The translations under genes and the position numbers were made by a program. This document shows, piece after piece, positions 63,619 through 64,000 of a DNA stretch of 64,000 bases (position 1 is the stretch's first letter; the number at the start of each line of letters is the position of its first letter). This stretch comes from an uncultured Acidobacteriota bacterium (GTDB lineage Bacteria > Acidobacteriota > Blastocatellia > RBC074). The notes under the pieces are model-generated. The model saw only the letters and a list, made by a program, of their open reading frames with translations. It ran no database searches and was not told the DNA's origin. The DNA lies in assembly GCA_963796275.1 (NCBI GenBank), contig CAWCKY010000004.1:128001-192000 (forward strand), in the 5' to 3' direction.

Positions 63619-63814
63619 ATTACTCACTTTTACTGGTTGAATGAAAAAGTAACTAAATGGATCAGTGGTATTGAGTATCTCGTTGACTCTCCGAGTCGTC
63701 TTTGCTGTCTGGCTTACAGACAAACGGTGCCTTAGATTCGGCCATCCGGCTTCTTTCTTGTCCGGAAACAAGCCAACATCAGATTTCGTTTGATCCGGCC
63801 ACTTCGTCGATTAC

Positions 63815-63850
63815 TCACTCATTCGAGCCGATCAAGTTGCGTTCTTTCAT
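63815..63850 (-). CDS. Candidate 11-aa mini-ORF or leader peptide [11 protein letters not shown]
   Basis: GAGGAGG (63859-63865) lies 8 nt before the ATG at 63850; TGA at 63815-63817. Confidence 0.35.
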   Translation of the reverse strand: MKERNLIGSNE

Positions 63851-63865
63851 TCAGATAACCTCCTC

Positions 63866-63901
63866 AAAAAGCGAGGGGAGAGACCCTTTGATCTCTCCCC
63901 T
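63866..63901 (-). terminator. Terminator-like hairpin, third leader-unit copy
   Basis: The minus strand reads AGGGGAGAGAUC-AAAG-GGUCUCUCCCCU-CGC-UUUUU. Confidence 0.6.
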
Positions 63902-63950
63902 ATATTCGATCTTTGCTATTACGGCTATTACGTTGTTATTACAAGATAAC

Positions 63951-63964
63951 AACTCAGCTGAGTT
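63951..63964. promoter_or_regulatory. Palindrome AACTC-N4-GAGTT, copy 3 (perfect 14-bp palindrome)
   Basis: aactcagctgagtt, followed by attact as in the other two copies. Confidence 0.5.
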
Positions 63965-64000
63965 ATTACTAACTTGTTTTGATTAAGTGAACTTGCAAAT

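Larger units (their letters stand above)
63382..63867 (-). repeat. Conserved NRPS leader block, copy upstream of NRPS-A
   Basis: Colinear with 36718-37224. Confidence 0.92.

Noticed and set aside
63914-63970. Short TATTAC repeats as a CRISPR or iteron array
   Set aside because: They are too short and irregular, with no spacers, cas genes or rep gene.

Overview
The window is almost entirely two giant, paralogous, single-gene non-ribosomal peptide synthetases (NRPS) in head-to-tail tandem on the minus strand. NRPS-A (63381->37172) has 8 modules and is split by apparent sequencing frameshifts: Cstarter-Ser | D-X | Ile | Gln | Ile | Ser | His | Pro-TE. NRPS-B (36717->beyond position 1) has 11 modules: Cstarter-Ser | Leu/Phe-like | D-Hse-like | Thr with an embedded FkbM-type methyltransferase | Leu/Phe-like | D-Ala | Asn-like | Tyr | D-Asn | Asn-like | Pro-TE. 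Both genes start with a homologous lipo-initiation C domain plus a Ser module and end in Pro-T-TE. Both also sit behind a homologous ~0.5 kb structured leader containing an AACTC-N4-GAGTT palindrome, a terminator-like hairpin and an SD-like site. A third copy of that leader unit, with a strong-SD 11-codon mini-ORF homologous to the C-terminal tail of the NRPS-A thioesterase, lies at the window end. The gene interiors are mosaics of near-identical C/T/A-flank blocks with exchanged A-domain specificity cores, and NRPS-B is built from a three-module unit repeated three times, placing D residues at positions 3, 6 and 9. No tailoring, transport, MbtH or regulatory genes are visible. Substrate calls were read by hand against remembered specificity codes, and domain borders are approximate.
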